NCBI GenBank assembly: GCA_963790605.1 | Contig: CAWBPG010000006.1 | Coordinates: forward strand, 175,994-239,993 | Direction: 5' to 3' | DNA: 64,000 nucleotides | Source: an uncultured Actinomycetota bacterium | GTDB taxonomy: Bacteria > Actinomycetota > Thermoleophilia > Solirubrobacterales > Solirubrobacteraceae | Part shown: positions 11,515 through 23,392 of the stretch, one piece after another | How the letters are laid out: every line of letters starts with the position of its first letter | How positions within the stretch are numbered: the stretch's first letter is position 1 | Program-made: the position numbers and the translations under genes | Notes under the pieces: generated by a model | What the model was told of the DNA's origin: nothing | The model's input: only the letters and a program-made list of their open reading frames with translations | Database searches by the model: none

Positions 11515-12765
11515 CTCGCGCTGCGGCGCAGGGTGAGTCGGAGCGCGATCGCCGCCCCGAGCATCTGGCCGATCAGCCAGCCCCAGCCGGCTCCGGTGAG
11601 GCCGACGCGTCGGGATCAGCCATAGATCGAGCCCGATGGTGACGAGGGTGGAGGCGCCGGCGATGAGGAGCGCTCGACCGGCGCGCTCCTGGATGCGCTC
11701 CACTGCGATGACGAAGTTGAGGATCGTGAACGGGATGAGCGCCACCGCGAACAGCCGCAGCAGGTTGGCCGCGTGCGTGTACTGCGGACCGAACGCGGCC
11801 ATGATCGGGTCGGCACATACCACCACCACGACGACGAGCGGGATCACCACCACGAACGCCAGCCGGCTCACCTGCCTGACCAGGGACCGAACCTTGTCCT
11901 CCGCGAGCGCACCCTCGACGATGAGGGCATTGGACATGTTGACCGCCAGCAATCGGAGCGAGAAGCTCACTGCCCACGCTGAGTAGTAATAGGCGTTCGC
12001 AGCGCCCGGCATGAAGGCCAGCACCAGCAACGAGACCAGCGAGTCCGGAACGGCCGCCGTGACGGCGACAAAGTGATGGCCGGTGGCAAAGCGGACCAGT
12101 TGCCGTTGACTCGGAAGCCGGGGCGGGACCGTCTGTTCTCTCTTCAGCAGCCGCCCGAACAGGGCGACGTTGATGACCAGGACGAGGCCGATCAGCCCGA
12201 GCACCCAAGCGCCGAGGATCGCCCATGCGCTGGCCGATGCGGCCAGCGCCACGAGCAGCACGGCCTTGATGGCGCCGAAGGTGGCGTTCTCGATCGGCAC
12301 CCATCCGGCACGGCGCAGGCCGATCAGCACGGGGTCCTGGAGTGAGAAGATGACCCAAAAGACGATCGAGGCGGCAAACAGCAGGATCGTCAGCGGGCTC
12401 TCGGTGAGGATGCCGAGGCCGGCCAGACGCGCAAACCCGGCCAGGAAGATCCCTGTGGCGACGAGTGCGATCGCGATCGCAGCCGCGTAACTGAGCCGGA
12501 CCAGGCGGGCCTGAGCGCGGCCCGCAACCGGCACATAGCGCAGCAGCACATACTGGAGCCCGACCCATCCCAGGCTGGAGACGAGCGTCATCGCGCTGAT
12601 GGCCCCGGCGCCGATCCCGACCTCCTTGACCGGGTAGAGGCGCGCCGCCAGCACCCAGTACGCGAAGCCGAGGATGCCGTTGAAACCCGTGGTCAGCATC
12701 AGGGCGAACGAACTGCGGTACAGCGGCACCTGCCGGACGTTGTTCAGGCGTGCGACGTAACTCAT
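11509..12765 (-). CDS. Wzx-like oligosaccharide flippase
   Basis: Many TM helices; LYRSSFALM..GILGFAYWVLAARLYP..VG N-terminus typical of actinobacterial polysaccharide exporters. Confidence 0.8.
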   Translation of the reverse strand: MSYVARLNNVRQVPLYRSSFALMLTTGFNGILGFAYWVLAARLYPVKEVGIGAGAISAMTLVSSLGWVGLQYVLLRYVPVAGRAQARLVRLSYAAAIAIALVATGIFLAGFARLAGLGILTESPLTILLFAASIVFWVIFSLQDPVLIGLRRAGWVPIENATFGAIKAVLLVALAASASAWAILGAWVLGLIGLVLVINVALFGRLLKREQTVPPRLPSQRQLVRFATGHHFVAVTAAVPDSLVSLLVLAFMPGAANAYYYSAWAVSFSLRLLAVNMSNALIVEGALAEDKVRSLVRQVSRLAFVVVIPLVVVVVVCADPIMAAFGPQYTHAANLLRLFAVALIPFTILNFVIAVERIQERAGRALLIAGASTLVTIGLDLWLIPTRRPHRSRLGLADRPDARGGDRAPTHPAPQRES

Positions 12766-12767
12766 GG

Positions 12768-13811
12768 TCAGGCGAGCCTCAGCTCGCGGGCGAGTGCTCC
12801 GACCGCCTGTTCGGAGCTCCAGGAGTCCGGGACCAGAACCCGGCGCGCGGGCGCGTCGGCCAGGGCGCAGGAGATGATGGCTCGCTCGTGAGCCAGGAGC
12901 GTCTCGTATGCGGCCCGCACACCGGGCACCCTGAAGATCTCCGACCGCTGCCCCATCAGGACATCGTCGGTCTCGGCGGCGAGTTCTCCCGCATCCAGAG
13001 GCTGGAGGGTGAGTGCGTCCACCCGAGCACGGCGGACCACGACCACCTCGCCGATGAGCAGGCGAACCGGACCGCTCGCGTTCGCAGCGATCGCGGATGG
13101 GCGGACGCTCACCGGTGGAGCGACGAAGCCGTGCGTGAGGGTATTGACGCGTCCCAGAGCGGTGAGCCTGGTCCGCACCGAAGGCGGCAGTGCGGCAAAC
13201 GCCGCCGGCGCCGTCCGCGAGAGATCCGGGTACAGACGCAGCCGCCTCGGGAATGGGAGACATTCCTGGTCTGCGTTGATGATGACCTGGTCATCGCCGA
13301 GCACCCGCCGGCCTGCGGCGAGGGCCCGCGCCGCGAGGCTCGTCTTTCCGCTGCGCGAGCGGCCGAGCAGCAGCAGGGTTCGATCTCCCTGTGCGATGGC
13401 GGCGCCCGGGAGAAGCACCGAGCCGGCGCGTACCGCGGCCAGCGAGACGAGCGGCTCGATCACCTGGCTCTGCACGAGCGCGAGGCCGAGCGGCCCCCGA
13501 ACCGCGACCACGACGCGCATGGTGTCCGCCTCCGGTCTCACCGGGAGGGACGCCCGCCAGCGCGCCAGCTTGTGCGCACCCAGCAGCTCATGCTCGCCCG
13601 TGGTCGCGTGGGCGCCCGCGCGGACACGGGTGCCGATGACCGCCTCCACGGCGGGGACCTCCGGGCCGGGGGCATGCGCGGCTGACGCGTACTCGGCGCG
13701 AAAGTACGCCCTGGCTCGGCGCTCTCCCCGGATGGAAACGGTCAACCCCTGGCCGAAGCGGTAGAGGTCGGCAGGTCGCGAGGCTTGGTCAGCAGCACTG
13801 AGCCAGGGCAT
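12768..13811 (-). CDS. HPr-kinase-like P-loop protein
   Basis: LLLGRSRSGKTSL Walker A, VLGDDQV, PFPR. Confidence 0.7.
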   Translation of the reverse strand: MPWLSAADQASRPADLYRFGQGLTVSIRGERRARAYFRAEYASAAHAPGPEVPAVEAVIGTRVRAGAHATTGEHELLGAHKLARWRASLPVRPEADTMRVVVAVRGPLGLALVQSQVIEPLVSLAAVRAGSVLLPGAAIAQGDRTLLLLGRSRSGKTSLAARALAAGRRVLGDDQVIINADQECLPFPRRLRLYPDLSRTAPAAFAALPPSVRTRLTALGRVNTLTHGFVAPPVSVRPSAIAANASGPVRLLIGEVVVVRRARVDALTLQPLDAGELAAETDDVLMGQRSEIFRVPGVRAAYETLLAHERAIISCALADAPARRVLVPDSWSSEQAVGALARELRLA

Positions 13812-14923
13812 CGGCAACCCTCCGAGGGTCCGTCGGGAACGGAGCCATGACCTCGAGGACCTGGACACCATCGAGAAGGTTGCGAAGCCGTTCGGTCTCG
13901 CGATCGCGCACGGCGGCGAGCCGAGACGGGCCGGGGTTCGCATCGGCATATCGCACGCGCGCGTCGAGCTCGTACAGCGTGCGGCGCTCGTAGGCGCCGC
14001 TGCGCGCGAGGCGTTCAGCCGCCCACCCGGCCGCCGCGGGACGGACGGTGACCTCGTCCGTCGATACGGTCGTCAGCATCGCAAGTGTCCTCAACGGCGG
14101 CGTGCGGCCGGGGTCATGCGCCGACCCATAGATCGCTGCCAGCTCTGTCTGGCGGAGCGAGAGCCGGCTCGCGAGTGTGAAGGCACGGTCCAGCTGTGAC
14201 TCGAGCGCGCAGCCGATCTGGGTCGGCCGTCGCGTGAGCAGAGGAAGCGGGCGACGTGCCGTACGAGCGACGCGGAGTCGGGCGCGTTGGGAGGCTCGGA
14301 GGTGAGCACGCAGACGAGGCAGATACTCGAGCACCCAGTCGCGGATGCCGACGGAGACCGGAAAGGCGTGCAGCAAGCCCGTCGCTGTCAAGAATCGTCC
14401 ATTTGTCGGATATGAAGCGCGCGCCTTGCTCGGCAAGGGCCAGCGCCGTCTCAGTCTTACCGCTCTCTGACCAACCGCAGACCAACAGTCCGCCCCCTTC
14501 GACTTCCACCGTGGCTCCGTGCACAGTTATTGCCCCGTGTTCAAGTGTACCAAGTTGAAGCAGCGGTCGCACCAATTCCGACAGCGCGTCCCACAGCGGA
14601 AAGTTAGGGTCATATGAGAGGCTGACCTGCCCGTCCTGGGGGTACACGCGGGGCAGCTCGAAGCGGGAGATGCCCCGCAACAGGTAACAGCGGCGGCCAT
14701 CCGATCCGGTGCGCCGGCCGTCTCCCGCTGGCCCATGGACATCGGAGAGGCTCCGAGATAGGATGGCCGGGTTGGGGCTAAGCACGATGTCGGCATGAGG
14801 CGGGACCAGTGCGATCCTCGGCTCGTATGGATCGAGTTGCGCGTCGAGCTGCCGAAAGATGTGCTCTCGCTCATCGTTAATAGCGAGGCTCACCAGCCCG
14901 TGCAGATCAAAGATGCGTGCCAT
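13789..14923 (-). CDS. HPr-kinase-like P-loop protein (frameshifted)
   Basis: VHGATV..GGLLVCGWSESGKT, FISDKW, AFP. Confidence 0.7.
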
Positions 14924-15007
14924 GAGATGAGTAGTTTCTTACCATGCTGACTGAGACTCAGCCAGTCGTGACGAAGGTATCGGGAAAAGCCCGCAACGTG
15001 GGGAATC

Positions 15008-16776
15008 GTGTGGCGTCGCCCGCGATCGCGGTGGCCTGCGTTGGCACTCAGCATCATCCTGCTCGCGGGGGCTCACCTGAAGCTTGACGGTTATGGGCTG
15101 CTGAACAGCTTGCCGTGGCCTTACTACGTCGGCCTCGTGGGGCTCCCGTTGGCATCCGCGCTCGAATGGCGGCGCGAGTCGTCTCGCCCGGCTCTGGTGC
15201 TCGTCTATCTGGTCGCGTTCCTTCTCCTGGTATGGCTCACGCCGTATGTCCTCGAGGGCACGCCGAGATTCCGGACCTCGTATCTGAGCTATGGGTACGT
15301 CGACCCGGTCGCCCGAGGCCAGGGTCTCTTCCCTCGCCTGTTCGTCTACCACAACTGGCCGCTGTTCTCGATCGGCATGGCCGCGCTGAAGAACGCCTTC
15401 GCGCTCTCGCCCCTGAAGCTCATGGCCTTCTTCCCGACCGTCATCATGGTGCTGTACCTGATTCCCCTCTCGGCGCTCCTGCTGATGACAACCGACCGGT
15501 ACTGGCCGGGGCCCAGAGGCCGGTGGCGCACGCTGCGCGGAGCACTTGGGGCCGATGCCCGGTGGGTGGTGGGCCTCTGGGTGTTCGTCGTCTTCCAGTG
15601 GACCAATCAGGACTACTTCAGTCCCGCAGGCTCTGGCCTTCCTGTTCTACCTCGGCCTGATGGTCGTGCTGGCCCACACGGCTCTGAGACGGGATGGCAC
15701 TTTCAACGCGGCCAGCGGGGGCGCAACAGTGATCCTGTTCACGCTGATCGTCGCCACGCACGTGCTCAGCGGGCTCATCGCGCTGTTCGTCATCGCCGGA
15801 CTGACCCTGACCAAACAGGTGCGGCGGCCCACGCTTCTCCTCCTCTGCCTGCTCGTGTTCGTCGCGTGGCAGGCGTATCCGGCGGCGCCCTTCTACCAGT
15901 TCTACGGCCATCGCCTCCTGCAGACGGTGTTCGCGGCCGGCGATTTCCTGCAGACCAACGTCTCCGGCCGCATCAGCGGGAGTGGAGAGCACCTGACCGT
16001 AAGCCGCGCGCGCGTCGCGGTCACCGCGATCGTCTTCGCGCTGGGGCTGCTCGCGCTGGCGGCGCATCTGTGGCCGGGCCTCCGCGCACCGCTGGCGCAG
16101 GCCCCGCGTGCTCTGGCACTGCGCTTCCTCACGAGCAGCGCTTCGCCCTCGCGTGGCTGATCTCCACGGTGCTCGTCGGCCCGGTGTCCGTCTACGGCGG
16201 CGAGATGCTCATTCGCACCGAGCTGTTCAGCCTCCCTCCGCTCGCGATCATCATCGCCGCGACCGCGAATCGGCGCCGCATCCTCGCGGTGGCCGCCGGC
16301 ACGCTCACGGTGATGGCACCGCTCCACATCCTCACCCACTACGGCAACGAGCTCTATGACTACGTCTCGCCGGGCGAGCTGGCCGGGTTTCGCTTCATCG
16401 CGGATCATCTGGCTCCGGCGAAGATCTACGGGGGCTTCCCGGGCGGGGGGTTCCTGAAGTCAGTGAGCCTGCGGTGGCGCAACAGCTCTGTCCCCGGCGG
16501 CAGCCACGTCCCACGGCGCCGCCGACTTCCTCCAACCCAACGCGCACCACTGGGGACGGGCGCGCGGAGGGGTGTACGTCGCCTTCGGCCGCGGCGATGT
16601 CGCGGCCGCGACGTTGTTCTACAACAAGCCCCAGCTGATCCCCGCGATGCAGCGCCTCGTCGCTCACGATCCGCAGTTCCGGCGCTGTCTACCTCACGCC
16701 GGACTACTCGATCTACCACTGGTTGCCGCCCGCCGAGAGGCGTGCGCGCACGCGCCGTCAGCCTATGCCCGGGTGA
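15008..16776 (+). CDS. polytopic membrane protein, probable GT-C/polymerase-like (frameshifted)
   Basis: Multiple TMs; YHNWPLF, WTNQDYFSPQALAF, VATH, YGGEM..R..LF, YGNE; located among glycosyltransferases. Confidence 0.6.
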
Positions 16777-17777
16777 ACTCCGCCGGCCGGCGGTCCGGAG
16801 GTGGCGTGACGACGGCGGGCGGGCGCAGGCGAAAGACGACCAAGCCGACGAGGTAGCCCGCGGCCGCGGCACCCACCGACCCGACCAGGGCGCCGACGAG
16901 GCCGAGACCCTCCGCGACGTGGCCGCCCAGCGCGCGCCGGATGCTGGCCTTCACGCGGGCGGGCAGCGCGTTGCGAAGGTAGGTGCGCTCGGTGTCGAGT
17001 GATCGCCGATCTCCCAGGCGTCGCACCAGCGCCTTGGAGATTCCCTCGAAGTAGCAGCGGCGCAGGAGGTAGCGCACGGTCGCTCGAGCGGCCGGTACGT
17101 GATGGTCGATCTCGGCGCCGCTGACCAGGGCAATCCGCGCATCAGGTACCGCGCGGGATGCGCGCAGGCAGAACTCGGTCTCCTCGCAGCCGAGCGGGAG
17201 GCTGCCGAGACGTCCGATCGCGGGGTTGAACATGCCTACGCTCCGGAACACCTCGGCACGAAATGCCATGTTGCAGCCAAGCGGGTTGCGCACCGAGCCG
17301 GCCTCAGGGAGCCCGGTGTATGAGCACCCGACCACCCACAGAAACTCGGGCGGGAACCAGCCCGGTGGAGGCTCTGCCCAGAGCGGGCGCGCGTGGCCGC
17401 CGGCACCGATCACGGCCGGATCATCGAACGCGGAGAGGAGCCGCGCGAGCCACTGGTCGTGGGCGATCGCATCGTCATCGATGAAGACGATGTAGTCACC
17501 CCGGCTACGGGCAATGGCTGCGTTGCGAGCCGACGATAGCCCGCGCGCATCGGGGTTGGCGACAACCTCCACCTCCGGTGGTAGGCGCTCCTTGAGGTCC
17601 GCCTCCAGGGCATTGTTGTGGTCGACCACCAGGACGACCTGGGCCGGCGGAGGGTCTTGGCCCAGGACCGACTCGACACAGGCGACGGTCTGCTCGAGCC
17701 GTGCGGATGAAAACGCGCAGACCACCACTGTGGCCAGTGTCGCGTCTCGCGTCCGCGCTATCAGTGTGTGTCTCCAA
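16763..17777 (-). CDS. GT2 glycosyltransferase
   Basis: VVVCAF, VVDHN, GLSSARN, FIDDDA, GCNMAFR, GCEETE. Confidence 0.9.
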
Positions 17778-17854
17778 TTGACCGTTGGCTGCCGACCGAG
17801 TACGAACGGTTAACGCTGCGTTTGCCCCACACGCATCCTATAGCATCAAATGGA

Positions 17855-18853
17855 ATGCTGCGAGGCCCCGGGCGCATCAAGTGGCGCCGTCACGGTGTGA
17901 CATCAATGGTGACGGCCGCGCTCGTGGCGGTGTCGGTTGCCGCGTGCGGCGGTGGTTCGACGACGACTCGGTCGTCTGCGCCGCCGGCCCCGGCCCACGG
18001 ATCGTCGACCGTCGCGTCCCCGTCGTCTGCGTCCGTCGCCGGCCCGGCGTCGCGCATCGTCGTCATCGTGCTCGAGAACAAGGAGGATGACCAGATCGTC
18101 GACCGTGCGGGGACGCCGTACCTCAACGCGCTTGCGCGCCGAAGTGCCGTTGCTGCCAACTACTACGCGATCACCCACCCGTCGCTTCCCAACTATCTCG
18201 CTCTCACGGGAGGCTCCACCTTCGGGTTCAGCGGGAGCGACTGCGGCACGTGCTCGGTCTCGCATCGGAACCTCATCGATCAACTGGAGGCGGCGCGGAT
18301 CTCATGGAAGGTGTACGCGGAGGACATGCCATCGACGTGCTCGACCAAGATCACCGCGGGCGAGTACGTTCGCCGTCACGATCCGTTCCTGTACTACCGC
18401 GACGTGGCCGACAACCCCAAGCGGTGCCAGTTCGTCGTGCCCACCACGGTCCTCACGCGTGATCTGGCGGAGCACGCGCTCCCGCGGTTCGTGTGGCTAG
18501 TCCCGAATATCTGTCATGACATGCACTCGTGCGGCACGTACACAGGCGATCGCTACCTGCGGACGATCGTGCCGCGATTGCTGGCAGAGCTCGGACCGTC
18601 GGGCCTTCTCTTTGTCACCTTCGATGAAGGGGCCACGGACCTGGGGTGTTGCGGCGTTGCCAAGGGCGGCCACATTCTCACCTTGGTCGCCGGCCCCGGC
18701 GCGCGAGTGGGAGTGCGGTCGAGGACCCCATACGACCACTACTCGCTGCTTCGCACGATCGAGGATCTCTGGGGACTCCCCCGACTCGGGGGTGCCGCGT
18801 TTCCCTCCACCCGACCGATGACGGACCTGCTGCGCGTGCGCCCTCTCCGGTAG
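17855..18853 (+). CDS. lipoprotein phosphoesterase, copy 3
   Basis: Lipobox VAAC; VLENK, HPSLPNY, RHDPF, PNICHDMH, TFDE, HYSLLRTIE. Confidence 0.85.
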   Translation: MLRGPGRIKWRRHGVTSMVTAALVAVSVAACGGGSTTTRSSAPPAPAHGSSTVASPSSASVAGPASRIVVIVLENKEDDQIVDRAGTPYLNALARRSAVAANYYAITHPSLPNYLALTGGSTFGFSGSDCGTCSVSHRNLIDQLEAARISWKVYAEDMPSTCSTKITAGEYVRRHDPFLYYRDVADNPKRCQFVVPTTVLTRDLAEHALPRFVWLVPNICHDMHSCGTYTGDRYLRTIVPRLLAELGPSGLLFVTFDEGATDLGCCGVAKGGHILTLVAGPGARVGVRSRTPYDHYSLLRTIEDLWGLPRLGGAAFPSTRPMTDLLRVRPLR

Positions 18854-19337
18854 CAGCCGGGCGATAGTGGCGCCTGCGGGCCAGCGAAGAGCGCCGACGG
18901 CATCTGGCCGGCCGCCGGCGCTCTTGCTGACGCAGCGTCGGCGGCAGGGGCCGCCACCGACGCCTCCTCCGGTGGACTACCGGATGAGCCTGATCCTCCT
19001 GGCCGCCCTGTTCGTGCCGCCCGCCGAGCGACGTGAATCCACCCCATGCCGCGAGGGTCAGCCCGCCGGCACGGCTGAGAGCTTGCCACCGTGTTGCGCC
19101 TCTGTGACCCTGGCATCGAGTGCCCAAATGAGATTGAGTGCCATTACCCGGTTCATGGCCCGTCGCCTTTCATTTGCCCTGCTCGTGCGCGACCGGCACC
19201 GGTGGGTCTCAGGTCGCGTACGGCGTCCCCGTCTCGGTACCAACTGGTGGTGCCGGCGGCGGGTCCTCGCCGCCGGCACCCGGCGTAGGACGCCGGCGGC
19301 TGATGGTCAGCCGCCGACGTTCCACGGCTCCCCTCTC

Positions 19338-20883
19338 CTACGCCTTGAGCGTGATCTGCCTAGAGGTGCTGATCGCACCATGGCCGGCAGGCGTGAAGGT
19401 GCCCTTCGCGGTGAGCTTCATCCTTCGCGTACCGCTGAGCACTCGCCGCCCCTTGTCGGTGAGCACGATCTTCGCCCTCGCACGACCGCTGCTGTGGAAC
19501 ACCAGCGTGACCGTGGCGACGAGGACCTTCTTGCCGTGCTTGGGTGCGAAATACCAGGCCAGGACGAGACGGCCACGCGACGGTGCCGTGAAGGAGAACG
19601 AGTAGCCGGCGTGGTTGAGCACGCCCCGGATCGTTCCTGCCTTGCCGTGCAACGCGAGCACGTTGCGCAGCAGCCCACGGATCTTGGAGGCACTCAGGGT
19701 GACGGTGCCACCTGAGCCTCCCTGGCCGCCGGTGCCCCGTCCCACCGCCGGTGCCCGTCCCGCCGCCGGTGCCGCCGCCCGTGCCGCCGCCAGCGGTCGA
19801 GCCGGCCTTCACGACCCCGGTCGCCCCAGAGGTCGCGGGGCTGCTGGTGACGCCGGACGCCGTTGCGGATTCCAGGACCCGCAGGGTGTGGCCCACATCA
19901 GCGTTGGCCGGCGTGTAGGTCTGCGCGGTCGCCCCGGCGATCGCGGAGCAGTTGGCGCCGGATGCGTCGCAGTCCTGCCATTGGTATGAGTAGCCCGACG
20001 GGCTCTTGGGGATCCAGGAGCCGTGCGACTCGGTCAGCTTCTGCCCTGCCTGCGCGGTCCCGGAGATGCTCGGGGCCGCGGTGTTGCCGGGCGTGACGAC
20101 GGTGGACGTCGTGTGGGAGTGCACCGGAGTCGCTCCCTCGTTGTTGGTCGCCGTGACATACCCGACCATGATGTGGCCGAGGTCGGCATCTTGGAGGGTG
20201 TAGCCCGAGCTGAGCAGCGTCGGCGACGGACCGGCGGGGCCGGGAGGGCCGGTAAACGTCTTACTGCAGTTCAGACCGGCTCCGTCGCACCGCCTCCACT
20301 GATACGAGTAGCTGATCTGGTCCCCCGTCATGTTGGTCCCGTCCCACGTGCCCGACGTCAGCATCATCGTCTGGCCATCCAGGGTGATGCCCGTGAGCGT
20401 GGGAGCGACGCGGTTGAGCGGTGTGCCGTTGTTGACCAAGCCCGACGGCGCCGAGTTTGCGCTGGCGGTGCCGTTGGCGATGACCTGGAACACGAGGTAG
20501 TGAGTGACGTCGCCCTGGGCGACCTTGTATGTCGTGTTGGTGTTCGGCGACCCCGCGGCCGGGGTGCAGACGGTCGCCGTCGCATCGCAGTCCATCCACT
20601 GAGTCTTGTAGAAGGTTGGGGTAGGGTTCTGCCACGCGCCCTTGTTGCCGAGAATCGTTCTGCCGACCTGCGGGCTGGTGACCTCGTTCTGCGGCGTCGG
20701 CGGTGGTGGCGGCATCATCGACGGCGCGGTCGTGTAGCACGGGCTGCTCGCGACGGCCGGCGCTGCCACGGTGCACGACGTCGCCGGCGCGGCCGCGAAG
20801 GCAGCCGCTGGGAACGCTGCGGCGGCCAGAACGCCCAAAAGCGGCCCGACCAGCCGTTGTGCCAGATGGTGTTGCTTATGCAT
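19338..20883 (-). CDS. secreted surface protein with Ig-like repeats and basic C-terminal domain (frameshifted)
   Basis: Signal peptide; three repeats of APxxxG..GxxL..GxW..YxYQWxxCD..C..Yx..xDxGH. Confidence 0.7.
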
Positions 20884-20968
20884 GGATGGTGCCCCCTGTC
20901 ATTACTGGTACCTGCGGCATTGTGATTGCCCCTTTGTTGGTTGTGTGCGTCAGTGCAGCGTGTGAGTG

Positions 20969-23392
20969 TCATAGCCCGACCACTTTGGCGAGCCTTGCCG
21001 CGCTCAGCAGAAGTGCCAGCAGCATCGCGCAGGCGGCAAACGGTGCGAGGGATCTCGCGATTGAGGGGAAGCGCCCGGTGCCCGCCCCTTTGCCCACTTC
21101 AAGAGGGATCGCGACGGCCAGCGTCGCCAAGGTGACAAGCAGGAGATGCCCCTCGTAGGCGGCGTGGCCCGCCTGGAGCAGCAACCACGTCAGCGCGGCG
21201 GCCGCGAGCCCCAGCAGGACGGGGAGCGCCAGCAGCCATGCGACCATGCCACCAACCAGGAACCGGCGTACGGGCCCAGCTGCGCGGACGCTGCGGTCGG
21301 TCAGGCCCCGCCACAGGCCGATGTAGTTGCCCACGGCAAAGCCGGCGAAGTACGGCCAGGGCCGCAACGCCTGCCCGGCCCCGCGAACGAACCCCAACGC
21401 TGCGGCGGCAAACGGGATGATCATCGCGTTGACCAGCGCTGCGCGACCGTGCTTGCGCACCATGCGGCCCAGACCGGCACCATCGGCGAGCCACTGCTTC
21501 CCGGCGAAGGCGAACCCGTTGGCGAAGCGATGTTGCCCGATCATCGTCTCCGAGACGCCGACCGGGAAGCCGGCTGTCATCAGCCGGATCCGGAGGTCGA
21601 TGTCCTCGCCCGATCGCAGGTCGCCGTCAAGCGGATTGGCCAGCAGTACATCTCGTGACACGAGACTGGCGCAGACCCCGAACCACCGCTTGCTCTGCCC
21701 TTGGTTGTGATGGTCGGCCAGCGACTGGCTCCAGTAGTCGCCGGCGCCCACGCTGCGGAGTCCCGCCTGAAGCGCGACCAGGTGCCGGTCGCGGCGCTCC
21801 TGGTCCAGGTCGCGAAGAGCTTCCGGCGGAAGCACGACGTCAGCGTCGACCAGCGCCACCCACGGCTGGGATGCCGAGGCGACGCCCATCATCCTCGCGG
21901 CCGCGACACCGGTCCCCCCATCGTCGATGACCTTGTCGACCCAGGGCCGAGCGAGCTCCACCGTACGATCCGTGGAGCCACCGTCCACGAGGATGATCTC
22001 GGCGGGCTCGTTCGCCCGGATCGCCGACAGACACGACTCGATCCAGTCCTCGGCATTGCGAGCCGGAACGACCGCGCTGATGCGCGGCGCCCCGTCCTCG
22101 GTCGTGGCCGGGAGCGCGAGCTCGATGGCGACCTCCGGGAGGAGCGCGGGCGCGGCCTCCTCGGCCCTGCCGGTCGAGCGCCAGGAGTACCGAGTCCTCG
22201 GCTCCGGGCAGTCGTCGAACCAGACGATGTTGATCGTCTCGCCGCCCACGACCAGCCGTCTTACGATTCGAAGCGCGTGCGGGCTCGACGACTTCCGGCC
22301 CCGCAAGCGGCGGGCGCGTGCCAGGAACGCGCTCCAGAGGTAGGCGAACGGGCCGAGCAGCATCCCGAGCCGCATGAGCCACCTGAGGCGATGCGGGTAG
22401 GTAGTGGGGGTGTCGCCGTACTGTGGCGGCGCGGGATCGCGCGAGTAGCGCACCGCGGCGGGCATCGCCCGCAGCCAGGCTCGTCGGTCCGGGCCGGCGA
22501 TCAGGCGTTTGCTGATGATCGCACCGAGGCCGATGCCGTAGCGGTAGATCCGGCGCCCGCGGGCCTCGGCGTGGGCAGGATGCTCACGCCAGATGATCGC
22601 GGCGGGTTCGTAGGAGATCGCGTAGCCACGCCCCAGCAGGCGGGCGAGCAGGTCGATGTGCTCGCCGCCGCATGCGGGCGTCGCCGGACCCAAGGCGGGG
22701 TCGAAGCCGCCCAGCTCGCGGCCGACGTCCGTGAGCATGACGATGCCCGCACCCGTCCCGAGGCCGCCCGCCGTGTAGGCGAGGAGGGGGTGACCGTTCT
22801 GGGTGTCAGACTGACGGTATGTCCGTCGCGTCAAACCCTCACCGGTCAGCTCTGGATCCAATCGCGTCCCGTCCTGGGCCTGAGGTGCCGCACTTCGACC
22901 CGTCACGCAGACGGTGTCGGGCTCGTCGAGCAGGGCCTCCACGCTGTTACGGATCCACTGCGCATCGACGACGGAGTCGTCGTCAATGAAGGCCACGATC
23001 ACGCCCTCGGCCCGAGCCAGCCCGCTGTTCCGCGCCATCGAGGCCGACGACCACGGTTCCTCGAGGTAGCGCAGCCTCAGCTCGCCCGGGAATTGCGTGA
23101 CGAGCATCCGCGCCGTGTCCGGCGAAGGCGGCCCGTGATCGACGACGATCACCTCGAAGTCGTCGTAGTCAGAGTCCAGAACCGAATGCAGGCAGCACTC
23201 CAGCGTCGGCGGGTTGGCACACGTCGTGACGATGACGCTCACCGAGCGCGACGCCTCAGTTGGCTCCATGGATGCCGCGTCAGCCATGTCGGGCAGCCAT
23301 TCTCCGGCGACCGCGCGGGTGCCCTCGGGTGCTACGGCCATCTGGGCTCCCCGCTCACCCGATGCGCCGCCCGACCGCGAGTCGGCCACCAC
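20969..23392 (-). CDS. double-domain GT2 glycosyltransferase with C-terminal TM helices
   Basis: Two GT-A domains (FIDDDS; VDGGSTD..VDADV..GED). Confidence 0.85.
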   Translation of the reverse strand: MVADSRSGGASGERGAQMAVAPEGTRAVAGEWLPDMADAASMEPTEASRSVSVIVTTCANPPTLECCLHSVLDSDYDDFEVIVVDHGPPSPDTARMLVTQFPGELRLRYLEEPWSSASMARNSGLARAEGVIVAFIDDDSVVDAQWIRNSVEALLDEPDTVCVTGRSAAPQAQDGTRLDPELTGEGLTRRTYRQSDTQNGHPLLAYTAGGLGTGAGIVMLTDVGRELGGFDPALGPATPACGGEHIDLLARLLGRGYAISYEPAAIIWREHPAHAEARGRRIYRYGIGLGAIISKRLIAGPDRRAWLRAMPAAVRYSRDPAPPQYGDTPTTYPHRLRWLMRLGMLLGPFAYLWSAFLARARRLRGRKSSSPHALRIVRRLVVGGETINIVWFDDCPEPRTRYSWRSTGRAEEAAPALLPEVAIELALPATTEDGAPRISAVVPARNAEDWIESCLSAIRANEPAEIILVDGGSTDRTVELARPWVDKVIDDGGTGVAAARMMGVASASQPWVALVDADVVLPPEALRDLDQERRDRHLVALQAGLRSVGAGDYWSQSLADHHNQGQSKRWFGVCASLVSRDVLLANPLDGDLRSGEDIDLRIRLMTAGFPVGVSETMIGQHRFANGFAFAGKQWLADGAGLGRMVRKHGRAALVNAMIIPFAAAALGFVRGAGQALRPWPYFAGFAVGNYIGLWRGLTDRSVRAAGPVRRFLVGGMVAWLLALPVLLGLAAAALTWLLLQAGHAAYEGHLLLVTLATLAVAIPLEVGKGAGTGRFPSIARSLAPFAACAMLLALLLSAARLAKVVGL

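Noticed and set aside
12768-14923. Lasso peptide or other RiPP cluster
   Set aside because: No precursor, cyclase, peptidase or RRE gene visible
18870-19330. Small gene or ncRNA between convergent genes
   Set aside because: No convincing ORF or structure
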